Shown here in pieces: positions 11,445 through 23,979 of a stretch of DNA of 64,000 nucleotides. The position numbers were made by a program, and so were the translations under genes. Position 1 is the stretch's first letter; each line of letters opens with the position of its first letter. Origin of the DNA: Bilabrum cf. latius (Eukaryota); NCBI GenBank assembly GCA_965178125.1, contig OZ237769.1, positions 434,001 to 498,000 of the forward strand, in the 5' to 3' direction. Below the pieces are notes generated by a model. The model saw only the letters and a list, made by a program, of their open reading frames with translations. It searched no databases and had not been told where the DNA came from.

Positions 11445-14199
11445 ATGTCAAGTGGCTCAGAACCAGCTCCCGTCAGCGTAGATGGAGGGACCATGTTCAC
11501 GCTGTTCGAGGCATTGTTCGGATCCAATCCTAATTTGGAAGATGCTAGGCGGTGAGGCTTTTGCAGGTATCGCAAGCTGGTCCAGATGAGACCACACTTT
11601 ATCATGTATTTGATCAAGCAGTACCGACTCTCGCAGCTGGTTTGATCAGGGCTTCTAGTTCAGCGACATTGAGGGCCGACGGTTCGTAATCCGATAGGCA
11701 CGCGGCGGGCCCTGTGGGATCATCGCGCCACTGCAGGCCATCTTGATAAAATATTTATTATTTGGCACAGCACGAACGCACAAAGAGGCCATCAAAGGAA
11801 TCGGGGCTCCCGTCGATGACGATGCACCAAGCCAGGCTGGCAGTTCGGCAGCGGGCTCGGCTGCCGCTGGCGGTGCGGCAGCCGCAGAGAGCCAAGGTAC
11901 TGGAGGCTCTTTGTCAGCGTCCTCTTCATCCATCACGACGGCGAAACCAACCGGGACGTCCGAAGCACCTCCTTCAGATCTGCTCCAGAAGCGGGCGAAA
12001 GACATCGGCATGGTGTCTGACTCGAAACGACACGCTGCCCTCATCGATGCGATCGCATTTGTTCTCTGGCAGGCCGCCCTGAGAGGAGGAGACCCGCTGG
12101 ATGAAGGCCTGGCGGGCAACGGGAAAGGAGGCAGCGCGCGGGCTCAGGTGGTGGCAATCCGCACCAGCCCGCCGGTGCCTCCGCCCCTCACGGCAGACGG
12201 CTTTTCCTCTTACGGTGGACTCATCCGCTTGGAATGCGGGTCCATGGCGGAGACGAGAGCTGCCGTGGATCGGCTTTGGAACAGGGATGTGCTCCAAGGC
12301 AGCAGCGGGGTCATCCTCCTGGTTCTCTCCCTGCTGCTGTCGAGGGGCGTGGATGGCCTCCAGGACGAAGACAGGACTGACAAGGGGGAGCCGCTCGTGC
12401 AGAGGTTCGGAAACTGCGGGCAGGAGCTTGTGAACCTGATGGTCACGGGGCGGGGCACATCGGAGGTGTTTGACGGGGAGAAAGACGTGGGGGGGGGCTT
12501 CATGATGAAGGGGATCATGAGCCAGCCGTACGTGGGATACCTCACCAGGCTAGAGTTTTTACGAGCCACAAAAGTGGGGTCTTACCTGAAGGAACCGAGG
12601 TTTCCAGCCTGGGTGGTGGGTAGCGAGTCGCACTTTAGCGTGCTGTTTTCGACCGACCCGAAGGCCTGCGCACCTGACCCGCAGTCGGCGGCCAAGCGCG
12701 TCTTTGACAAGCACGACGCATCCAGCGGCGGTTTCATCGCGCTGGAGGTGCTTCCTCAGGTGCTAGAGGAGCTCGAGCTCCCGATCGTCTCTTAGCCCGA
12801 GCAGATGAAGCTGCTCACGAAGTCCCTGGACCAGGGCATGGGCGTTGTTCCCTGGTCCACGTTCTGGAGCGTACTGTGCAAGTGGCTCCAGGAGGGAAGC
12901 GAGTCGGATGCAAAGCCAGTGGTGGTGGACGAGGCGGAGATAGAAGGCAAGGCCAGGGAGGCGTTCAACGAGGCGGACGCGATCGGGGGCGGGTTCATTC
13001 AGCCGGAGCAGGTGCCTGCTGTGCTGCGAGGGATGGGTGCCGGGGCCTACGCTGAGCTCCCGCCTACGGCTGCCGATAATCAGAGGGAGGAGCAGAGGAA
13101 GAGCAGGGAGGATCTGGAGCGCAAGGTGCGCGCCAAAGCGATGGATGGCATCATCTTCTTCGAGGCGCTGTGGGAGGTGGCCGGTCCCGTGGTGGTCGGT
13201 GACAAGGTCAAGGCAGCCGAGGCTGCAGAGGAGGCGAGAGCAAAGGCGGCCAGGGAAGCCCAGCGGCTAGAGAAGGAGAAGAAGGAGGAGGAGGCGGCCA
13301 TCCAGGCGAGTCTCGCCGAAGATGCCTGGGGGAAAGGGTCACAGACGCCCGCGGCAACTGTCGGAACCAGTGCGGCATCTTCGGCACCGGCGCCATCACC
13401 GTCACCCCATCAGGGCGCGTCTGCCTCCAGCAGCAGCTCCGGTGCCGGCGGGGATCTTGCTATTGACCCAGATTTGGTGCAGCGGCTGCAAGCAGCCATT
13501 ACTGGCGGTGCAATCCCTGGTGTGTCTGACATTGCACAGAAAGCCGAGGCCCAGGTGAAGAAGCAGCAGCTGGAAGCCGCCAAGGCCGGCAGCCTGCAGG
13601 TGGTGGTAGACGGGAAAGTGCTAGGCAGCAGTGGCGTGCCCGTAGAGAGCGGTGCGGGCTAGGCTGGATCGGGCAGGGAGGCAGACGGCCAGCCAGCCGA
13701 GAAGAAACGAAGGTAGGACGGTAGCCCCAGTGCAGCCGATGCGCCGGCACCGGCGCCAGCACCCGTTCCAGCACCGGCACCAGCACAAGTGCCCATGGAC
13801 GAAGATGCTCAGCTGGCCGCCGCACTGGCAGCCTCCATGGAGGCGCAGAGCGGCGCGGGCGGGGGCGAGGTGCCCCCGATGATGCGGGCGTCTAGCACGG
13901 ACAGCGTGCAGCGAGACATTGAGAGGGCACTGGGCAAGGCAAAGGTGGTCCGATCTGTGCCCCTGTGGCACGTGAATGGGCTAGAGACCGCAGACAGGAA
14001 GGCACAAGTGTATCCGCTGCTGGTGCAAGAGACAGACACGGGGGCATTTGCTCCAGAGGCTATGGAGGCGTCTGGGGCTGGCCACAGCCACGACAAGAGG
14101 AGGCTTCAGCAGAGGCAGAGTTTCGGGCAGGTTATCCGGACGAAGTGGGTGGGGGCGCAGATCAAGTTCCTTGAGGAGGGTGCGCCCAACATTGATTGA
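11445..14199 (+). CDS. MINDY3: MINDY-3/4 (FAM188, DUF4205) deubiquitinase with EF-hands and UIMs; exons 11445-11551, 11637-14199
   Basis: WFDQGF, [TAG]ARGGPCGIIAPLQA catalytic Cys motif, QELVNLMVTGRG, VGSYLKEP, WVVGSESHFSVLF catalytic His, LWHVNGL, IRTKW. TAG at 11656, 11695, 12793, 13660 and 13714. Ends TGA. Confidence 0.88.
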
Positions 14200-14385
14200 G
14201 TCTGACTCGCATCCGGATCAAAGTGTAGACTTGTCCTGGTGCTGCAGTCAATTCCATGCAGTCAATTCCGGATCGAATCCAGGCACACCTAGGCCTAGGG
14301 CCAGCCAAGCCTGGTTCGCTGCCCGCCCCAACACTTCCTCCAGCACAATGAATACACCTGTGCTAACAACATCCCATGGCACAAC

Positions 14386-17300
14386 TCACACCACCATGTC
14401 CTCCACGTACTGCATGAACCGGTTGGCATACTCGCCCGGAGGCACGCAGCTGATCCCGTAACGGTTCCACTTGGTCACGGAGAAGAGGGCAGTCTCTGCG
14501 TGCTTCCTCATGTTGTACGCCTGCAGGATATCGATCACGCCCATGAAGTAGATCTCCTTGCCCAGCTCTCTCGTCGCGGGGTCGTAGCTCGGGATGGGGA
14601 AGTTGCTGCGGGGAGGCGCGTTGGCATCCGCTGGCGTGAACTCGGGCCTCTCGGGGAGATCAGAGCTGCCCGATGCCAAGCTCACGTTCGAGTCCGACAT
14701 CGTTTCATCCACCGAAGCGGAAGGATACATCCCACCGGCAGCAGCATCAGCAGCACCGCCGCCGCTAGTGGGGCGAGTCGCGCTGCCAGAAGAGGCCAGG
14801 GACCGCCTCCCAGACCCAGACAGCCTAGACTTGCGGGACTGGCCGTGCACGTGAGCGCGCGGGGTGGCAGAGTGCCTGCGACCCACAAGCCTGCTGCTGG
14901 CCTTCCGGGCAAAATTGCCGTTCCCGCGACCCAGCCCAGGCGCGGGCCTAGGGTCGCCCGCGCGGCCCGCCCTCCCGCCAGCGGCAGAGGCAGAGGCGGC
15001 CGCGCCCCAACTCGCTCCGTGCTCAGGTTCCACGACCTCGTCAAGCCCGCTCCCGCTCGGCACATGGCTGCCCCCAGACCTGTCCAAACCCGCACCGCCA
15101 CCGCTGCTCTTGTCCACAGGCCTGTATTCCTTATCCGGGTCCTAAATGCCCAGCAGTATGGAGTAGTCCATGATTCCCATTCTGGCCAGGAAATCCACGT
15201 CAACCCTGAGCTGCTGTAGGAGCTTGTTGCGCCGGTTGGCCCCAAGCCTCACTTTGACGCCCATTTCCAGCAGGTCGTTGTCCTTGTACACCACCCTGTC
15301 CCCGTACTTTTTCTTCTCTTTCTCCGTCGCGGCACGGCCCACGCTGGACCCCTTCAAATCGAACGTCTTGGTCATCACCGTGTCCCCGGAATCCGTGACA
15401 GAGTGCATGACCAGGAAGTACACAGACTTCTTCAGGTGAGGCATGTCCACCCGATGCATGCCGTAGAAGCGGCAGAGGAACGTCTCGGGGTTCTTCTGCG
15501 CGTGCACGTAGTAGTGCGGGAGGATGCGCCGCAGGAACTTGCTCTCCTCCTTGGTCATCGTCTTGATCATGAATCTCCCGTCGTGAGAAAAGAAGAAGAA
15601 TGACCCGCTCTTAGCGTTGCTGTTGAACTCGATGTAGTCGTACATGCCGCCCACGCAGGCAGCGTACTGCTGGTTGGCGATTCCGAAGCGCCTCCTGAGA
15701 TGGTGGAACACCTTGGGGGCGTAAGACTGCATGGAGGGGGGGGGGGGGAGGGGGGGGGGAAGACGAGAAGAGACGGGATGGGTTGGGTTTGGGGGCAGGT
15801 GGGAAGAAGCAATGTGCCATGGCAAGCAGCTGGCAACGTGGCAATGTAGCAGGCCGCACAGGCTTTCGAGCGCAGAACAACATCGCAACGAGCACTCCAG
15901 AGGTACACTCCTAGGCCATGTCAAACGGCCAGACTCACTCGGAATGAAAAAGGGTGCTTGATATCCAGCGGGGGCAGGTTCATGCTGGGATCTCCGTCCA
16001 CCTTGAAGAGCCGGACTTCTTTATCCTTGAAATCGTCCATGGAGGGACGAGGCTTGGTGGGCACAAACTGGGCAGTGGTCCATATGCCCAGCATCATGCC
16101 GTAGCTGAGTTGGTATTGCTTGTGCGTCGCCTTGATGCGCTTGCCGTGCACGGTGATGTCACCGGACGCACCAGAGTCCCGCAGCACCTCTTCGGGCACC
16201 TCTGCTGCTGCGTCCCTGGACGATGTGGGCTTGTCACGGAGGGCATGGTACAGCTCGCTGTTGGGCGCCACCGTGGGACGACGGGAACGGATGGGCTGGT
16301 AGCGCATGCTCTTGGCTGACTTGAGCCGGCCGGAGGGGGACTAAAATATGACGTCTTGGTCACCACCACCCCTAAGCTCTGGTGTCATGACCATTCCCGA
16401 GTCCGGGTCGATGGGCAAGGGGGAAGGGCCGGCCATGGGGCTGTCTTCATCGAGCCCACCTTCCCACACGGGAGTGGCAACCGCGCTGCTGCTGCCGCGC
16501 ATCATCCCAGCTCCGGATGATGCCCCTGCAGCGCCACCTCCTGCACCTATGCGCCCCCGAACCCCCAGGCCATGCTCCCGCACGTACCCAGCACCATCAC
16601 CATCGCCCCACCCTCGCCCACCCGCTCCTATTGCACCAGGACCTGATCTGCCCACCGGCCGTGCCTGGCTGCCCCCCCTTCCTCCACCAGAGACTTTATG
16701 AGCCACAGGCCCGTGGTGGCCGCCGTTCCCACCGGGCGTGCGGTGGCCTTGGCGCCCCTGCCCACTGGGTGTCCCCTGCCCCTGTCCCTGCCCCTGTCCC
16801 TGCCCCTGCCCCCTGGAGATCGGCGTGCCGCTGCCCGCACCGCGGGCTCCGGATCCACTCGTCCCATCGCGACCGCTGCGCCGCCCCGCCATGCGCATGC
16901 CCTTCTTGGCGGCCATGATGGGGCTCTGCGTGTACGAGGCGCCTGCTCGCGCGCCACCACTGCCCACCAGCCCGCCGCCCCAGCCGGTACCGGCTCCTGC
17001 CCCTGCCCTCGGGGCCGCGGATCGGGACCTGCCGTTGCTCGGTGCCATAGAGGGCGATGTCATCCCCCCACCGCGCTAGACCGGTCCCCCGCCCCTCCTG
17101 CCTGCCATGCGCATGCGCCCGCCGCTGGCAGGGGGGCGATCCGTGGCACCCTTTTGGGCACCCTTGCCAGAGGCACCGTTCGAGGCGACCACTGGTGAGT
17201 TTCCCCGAGTGCTCGGCGCCGAAGACACGTACCTGCTGGATGGCGCAGATGCTCGAATGCCAAGAGGAGAGCGCATGCTGATTCCTTCAGAAGGTGTGCC

Positions 17301-17588
17301 TCCAGAGGCACCTATTGTTCTGCCTTCTCTTGCCTTATGCGACATTCGTGGCGGGCCAGTCGCGCCATTCGCCTGCTTCTGCATCTAGAAGACTTCTTTC
17401 GACTCCTAATTGCCATTAGAGCCGGTTCTTATACCCTAAACATTCATAGATGGATTCACCTGAGTAGCGCCTTTCGGGGATGGCACTCGAAGCCTCTTAG
17501 CGGAGTGAGCCCGCACAGCAGTTCGTGGAGGTTGCGTGGATGGAAGACGCCGTCCATCGGTCGCTGATGCCCCCACATTCTGGCTCAT
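14386..17588 (-). CDS. PIP5K: Phosphatidylinositol-4-phosphate 5-kinase with long disordered N-terminus; exons 17588-15939, 15726-14386
   Basis: SYAPKVFHHLRRRFGI, KSGSFFFFSHDGRFMIKT, FDLKGS, MDYSILLGI, YFMGVIDILQAY, ISCVPPGEYANRF. TAG at 17436, 17406, 17385, 17076, 16341 and 15142. Ends TGA. Start uncertain. Confidence 0.9.
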
Positions 17589-18068
17589 TCTAGCTGACAC
17601 AAATTGCTTTCACGATTACCAAGAAGGATGCTCGTGCAGCTGCAGTCCTCGCCCGCTTCGAGCCCGGTCGCGGTACGAGCTAGCTTCCGTTGAGCACAAA
17701 TATCGCACAGGCGACAAATTCGGGATGACAAAGGTCACTTGAGTACAAACAATATGAATTTACGATTTGCAAGCTGCCAATCAGTCCTTGGCGTTTGGCG
17801 TACGAGCGTGGACGTGAGCTGCGGAGACCCAGAAGTTTCCATCGATCGGAGACAGTATTGTGTGCCTCACGTGCCCTCAGGCCGATTTGATTCAGGCATT
17901 CTATCTTTAGCTGTGCCACTCCAGCACTCTATTTGTGCTCACCATAGTTTCAAGATAGCTATACAAGGGGGATTCTGACACAGGAGAAATACGAATACTG
18001 TACGTGCCTCGCTATCAGGTGTTCAAACTTGATATCCGAAGTACACCTTGAAGCTGCGCGGGAGTTCT

Positions 18069-21000
18069 ATGGAGGTCACCAGCAGCAGTTCTGCCCAGCT
18101 TGGTACCGTCCCATAGAGCTAGTCGGTTGACTCTGGAGCGTTGCAGCTGGCAATAGGGTAGGGTGCTATCGAGCGCGCTAGGACCGGAAAGAAAGTTGCT
18201 GCCGATGACGTGCTGAACAGCATTGCCGCGCAGTACTATTCAGCTCCGGCACAACAGGATGTGTAGTCGAGTTCGGTTGATCCCAGGAGTGGGACAGGGG
18301 CGGTTTCTGCTCTGCAGGCTGGGCCAGAGTAGTCTAGAGACCCCAGATCGAGCGATCGCGTGCCGCTCAGCGAGGCGCGGCACGCTCAGGGCACTTCAAC
18401 AGCGGCATCGACGGAAAAAGGCGCGCCAAGAGTTGGCCTAACTGTAAACATTGCTTCAAGTAGGGTGGGTGCTATAGGGGGTGTGCGAATGAATTCGTAC
18501 TTGCCGAGGGCACCGCGCCCTCCGCAAGCGCGCGGTCGCGAGAGCTCCGGCGACTACGCGCTTGGGCGCGAGAGGTGGTCCTCCAACTCTTCGCGGCACG
18601 TGGATTAGGCACCTGGCACGCGACCATAGCGCTGGGAGGAGCGTAGCAAGGCAACGCCTTCGTCCAATTCCCTGGCGTACCTCAGCACGGTTGGTCGGGT
18701 GTGCCCCCCGTTTCCAGGCACCACGAGCTTGCCAGGGTACCGCGATCTCATCGGGGATGTACTCTACGGTGTAAAAGGACCCCCCAAGTACATGCTTCGT
18801 CGGGTGCTCCTTCACAACGAGGAAACACACAAGCAGCACGTCGGCAGGGCATGCCTAATGTACTTCGAGTCACGGAGTGACGACCCCTCCCAACGACTAG
18901 CAGAGGCCTTCGGGTTCGCTGATCTAGAAGGCTTGGTCGCCATGACCCTCGGGCAAAAATCCGGGATCCCCGTGCAGCACAGAGACCCTGCAGGAGCCCG
19001 GAAAGATCTGCGCTCTACAGCGGCTGCAGGAGTTTGGTTCGCTGTCGCCAAGGGCCTGAAGACCTACGCGAGCGCTCGGCATTCGGCTGGGCTTGGATAC
19101 GTTGGAATTCTTCGCCAAGCACAGACAAACTTTCATCATCGAGAGGACCGGCGCATGGAGGAAAAAAGGGTATCCGGTATTTCCAAGGCCAGCGGTGTAA
19201 TCCCCGTGGTTCGCCGAGACTTCCGGAAGGCAACGCGGTCGCCAAGCCCCCCACCGCCTGCGCCGCTCCCTGGCTATGAAAGTCGTGTCTCCCAAGCTGG
19301 GCAACAGAAGCAGCTTGAGGGTGCAGGCAGTGCGCAACAGTCGAACGCCTCGGAGGGGATGACCGATGAAAAATTCAGACTAGGGAAGCAAACTGTTCCC
19401 TCAGTGTCGTCGGCTGCCGACTCAAGCCAGGCTGTGGCAGTTCCAGCAGGGAAATCGGTAGTCTCGAAACAGGGTAAAGTTTACCCCCAAGCTGCAACCC
19501 AGCCAAAGGGGGTGGTTTAGGCCAAACCCAAGGGAGGCTTGCCTGGAGCATCTTCCAAGTCCACGGGCCGACCTAGTGCCACGCAGGTACAACCAAAGCC
19601 AAGCTAGCTGTTGAGACCGGCATCGCTGGACACTGCCTTGTCGAGAACGTCTGGCTCGGCCCAGCTACGTCCAAAAGGTGTTCCCGTAGCAACATTGCCA
19701 CGTGCAGGCACCCGCCCGTATTCCACGCCGGCGCTGCAAAAGCCTTTGCAGAAACTCAAGAACGCCAAACGAAACGAGTCACTGAGTGTCGTGGACGCAT
19801 ATTTGCCTCCTGGTGCACAGAGCGAGTCAGAAAGTAGTAGTGCAAACAAGCCAAAGTAGAGCCTACGAGGCAGCGTCGAGACTGATGTTGGAGAAGTGCT
19901 GCAGCACTTCAATCAAAGCGAGGCATTTTTGGTGGCTATTTCAACCCGTGCCAAAAGCCTAAGCCATCTGCCTCTTCTTGAAGACGAAGTTGAGGCCGTG
20001 TAGCGGCTGTTGATGTCTGCTGGAGTCGCAGTACAGAAACCGCCAGGAGAGGGAGCCACGGGAAAAGCAAGACCAGCTATTCCGGTTTCGCATGAAGCTG
20101 CGAACTCTCCAGGCTCCATGTCTGACACCAGTGGTGCCGGTTCAGATTCTTCGGATGATGAAATCATCGATGTTTCCGACGACAGTAACTCGGACTCATC
20201 AGACGACGAAGGAGGAGCCACGGTCCAAGATCAGCCCCTTGCACAGGTACTCAAGAAGAGCAAGTCTAGCCTCCGAGCTGCGCAAGATGTGAGATCCCCC
20301 GTGGTAATTCACCGGAAGCGTAAGCGAGAGGAAATCACCTCTGCATTTGCCTCTGGCGGCTCCGAGCCAGCTATGCATCCCGCTGCGTCGACCTCAGTGC
20401 TAGGTCCATCGCTGGTACCACCTTCGTCACACACGGCGAGTTCGGCCAATGCTGGTGGCTCTACAGCCCACCAGGCCTGGTTCCCTTCGTCAGCCTCCCC
20501 ATACGCGGGCTATCGCGAGTACTCGGCCGCTGATCGCGTTCGGATGGAGCAGGAACGCGTTGCTGTTGGGCGCTCTGCGTATCTAAAAGCGAAGCGAGCC
20601 GCAGCTGCCGAGCAAGAGACTAGCACCCCGCCAATCCCATTCATACCACGCGGGGCTTTCTTCTGGGCTTCTTCGTGCCCCTATGCAAGGCTTGGACTGC
20701 CGCAAGGCACTCCTTTCCCAAAAGTTAAGCTGCAGGCAAGGCATTTGCAAAAGGTATCTCACTAGGACAAGTGGAAGCTCCGTGGATCGGGCAGCGCAGA
20801 GAGGGTCCTCCTCGGCGGCACGCCTCCGGTCCTGGTCACACTAGCCCAGGCTGGCTCCGTGTTCCGAGGAGCAGTGTCGGCGCTCCGGGCCATACAGGCC
20901 CAGGAGAGCACTTCGGAAGGGGCCCCTTTCAAGACCAGCAGGGTCAACGAGCAAGGGGCAGCAGCGGGGATGACATCCCATTCAGCCTCCTAGCACCGGG

Positions 21001-21317
21001 CAGGCCACAGTGCTGCCCGTGTTCCCGAAGAGCGACCAAATGGCTCACGCAAATCTAGCATGACGTCGGCAGAATCTGTGGCAAGTGTACCACACGCCAA
21101 GCGCAGGCGCGTTGACGCGATTTCCCAAGGCTCGTCCACTTCGGACATGTCGAGCCAGCGGCAGGGGTCATCATCAAGCCAGCCCGCATCTCAGAACAGT
21201 CGCCCGCTCATACGACGAAAGGGATCCGCTCGTCCGGCCGGCAGCTCACTAAAGGTGCCGAAGAAAGCTAGTAGAGTCGTCGACATCTCCAGCGATGAAG
21301 ATTCGTCGGACTACTGA
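18069..21317 (+). CDS. Hypothetical low-complexity S/A/P-rich protein (about 1080 aa)
   Basis: One frame is open for 3.2 kb with about 13 TAG and no TAA or TGA. It joins ORFs 18360, 18699, 19611, 20010 and 21060. Ends TGA. No recognised domain; start uncertain. Confidence 0.65.
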
Positions 21318-21549
21318 ATTCTGGCCTATCATATCGAGAGTAGGTTCCAAGTTGAACGAGTTTCGATTGATTTGTCCATAATATAGTCATTGGCTTCAAA
21401 GTGTACGTATGAACTCTATTTGCAAAGGGTTGATGCTGCTATTGCCAGTCTCATAAATTACTTCGCCACACTAAACGCCGCGCATTTCCTGGTTGCGGAA
21501 CATGTAGAGAACCGCCCTGAACTCTCGAATCAAGTATTTCTGTTTTACC

Positions 21550-23423
21550 ATGGCTGGAGCTGCCGGTAGTGGCGGTGATGATGATGAGAGGTATCTTAAG
21601 CTATTTAAACTCAAGAAGCTTTTGAACATGCTGGACAAAACGAAGGCGTAAGTTGTACAGGGTTGAACATCGTACGGACGCAACCTCGACCTTCTAGCTT
21701 TCGCGCTAGTTCGTCAAGTTGATGTAGTGTGGAAGTAACATAACTATATTATATAGTTACAAACTGAAGTTTGAGGAGCGTGGTGCTCTAGCCTTGGTAT
21801 TTAGGTTCTGGGCATCCCTTGAATACTCAAGCACAGCTTTCAATTTGTCAACGCAGGGACGGGACGAGCATGGTGTCCTTGATTTTGCCGCCTAAGTCCT
21901 AGGTAAGCGTCAAGTAATGTTATCAGTGTTCGGTGTCGGATGGAATCCCGAGTCTACCCGAGTTACCTTGGACCTTGCCGTTCCTCCCACGCAGATTCCA
22001 GCTGCTGGCAAGATGTTGCAAGATGAGTACGGCACTGCCGTCAACATTAAGTCTAGGGTCAATCGATAGTCTGTGCTAAGTGCCATCACCTCGACCCAGC
22101 AGAAGCTGAAGCAGTTCTCTAAATGTCCCGAGAACGGCCTCGTGCTCTACTGCGGTGAGGTCATCACCGAGGACGGCAAGCAGAAGAAGCTCATGCTGGA
22201 CATCGAGCCCCCGAAGCCGATCAACACCTCCCTGTATATGTGCGACTCCCATTTCCACACCGAGCCGCTGAGGGAGCTACTTCAGGAGGACGACAAGTTC
22301 GGATTCATCGTCATGGACGGAAACGGGACCCTATACGGCACCCTGCAGGGCAACACCAAGGTGGTGCTGCAGAAGATCGCAGTGTGAGCTATGAGGCATA
22401 TTTCTATGTTTCGATGCATGCCCCTGCCTACAGCACCTCGCCTCGCTTCTCCTCTGAGCGTGGCAGAGCGAAGCCGCAGCCCAACCAGCCCAACTAGCCC
22501 AACCCAACTCTCACTGCTGGCACTCCCCAGGTCACCGCACCAGCCAGCAAGGGCGGGCCCAGGGCAGCGAGCCTGTTCCGCAGACCACGCTCGTCCCATC
22601 CGATTGCCCCATCATTTCCATCGCACTCGTCACACGCAGCGACCTGCCCAAGAAGCACGGCAGGGGCGGGCAGTCCGCGCTCCGATTCGCCCGCCTGCGC
22701 CTGGAGAAGAGGCACAACTACGTGAGGAAAGTGGCGGAGCTGGCCGTGACGCACTTCATCACGGCAGACAGGCCCAACGTGAAGGGAATCGTGCTGGCGG
22801 GATCGGCCGAATTCAAGCTGCAGCTGCAGAGGAGCGACCTCCTGGACCCCCGCCTGGGGGATATCGTGCTCAAGCTGGTGGACGTGTCGTACGGGGGGGA
22901 GCTCGGATTCAACCAGGCCATTCAGCTTTCCGAAGAGACGCTGTCCAACGTCAAGTTCGTCAAGGAGAAGAAGCTGGTGAAGGCCTTCTTCGACGAGATC
23001 GCGACGGACAGCGGCAAGTACTGCTTCGGGCCCGCCGACACCATCTCGGCCCTGGAAATGTCTGCCATGGAGACGCTCATTGTGTGGGAGGACCTCCCTT
23101 TGATGCGCTACGAGCTGAAGGATTCAGCCACGGATTCCGTGACGGTGAAGCTGCTCAAGCCCGGCGACGAGAAGGACCCTGCCCACTTCAAGGACCCCGA
23201 GACGGGCGCTGACCTCGATACGGTCAACAGCGAGCCTTTCATCGACTGGATCACGGAGCATTACAAGGACTACGGTGCCAAGCTTGAGTTTATCACGGAC
23301 AAGAGCGAGGAGGGGTCCCAGTTCGTCAAGGGGTTCGGAGGCCTGGGTGGTCTGCTCCGATGGAAGGTCGACTTTGTGGAGATGGCAGAGCTCGACGAGG
23401 ATGATGATGACGATTTCATCTAA
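21550..23423 (+). CDS. ETF1: Eukaryotic peptide chain release factor 1; exons 21550-21647, 21857-21902, 21995-22383, 22640-23423
   Basis: [13 protein letters not shown][TAG][12 protein letters not shown][TAG][46 protein letters not shown]. Three frame-preserving GT..AG introns. Ends TAA. Confidence 0.97.
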
Positions 23424-23979
23424 GCAGGATAGGTGTTCATGTATGAGTTGACACGGAACGAATGATGTTTCACACGCAAGCAAGCGTTGCTCGTGTCACC
23501 GATCCCAACAGAAAATCAGTACAAGCCTTCGGCACTCTCCAGCTCGCTTTCTGGCGTTAATGACTCGGAATTACGTTAATTTGGGCTACATCAAAACTGT
23601 CGGGTCTATTGTAGCACAATATTTTCGCCAGAAAGTGCGCCAGGGCGGTTGCGACCGCCGCGGCTGGTGCTGCACGCGTGCGACCGCGCTGAGCAGGTCG
23701 AACGAATACCTTCTCCTTCGACAGTGCGACGTACAAACAGCTTACTGAGCCAGAATATCCAACGTTTTTCACTTGAACTAGGCTTTCAACATACAATTGG
23801 AGTTTCAACCAGCGAAAGTAGGTCGGATTACGAGCGATAGGCCACCCCAAAGCGCCAGAGCCATTCAGCGGCCGCAGTGGTGTTTGGTCCGCCTGAACGC
23901 AGTATAGTCGAGGCATTATCAGCTTTGCGCGACGTGTTTGTTGCATTCAATTTATAGGTGTGCTGTATATTGATCCAGG

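Noticed and set aside
15733-15760. G-run as a functional G-quadruplex or telomeric repeat
   Set aside because: It is the C-rich polypyrimidine tract of the PIP5K intron on the coding strand.
22067-22069. TAG = Leu, Glu or pyrrolysine
   Set aside because: This eRF1 column is Leu or Gln in orthologues and so is ambiguous alone. COX6B, MINDY, PPKxQI and the poly-Q contexts all point to Gln. Pyrrolysine is prokaryotic and site-specific.
23421-23423. Ciliate-type code 6 (TAA and TAG both Gln)
   Set aside because: TAA was not seen inside any gene and it terminates eRF1 at its expected C-terminus, as well as three other genes.
23500-23950. tRNA or ncRNA downstream of eRF1
   Set aside because: I could not identify a cloverleaf, T-loop or box motifs by eye.
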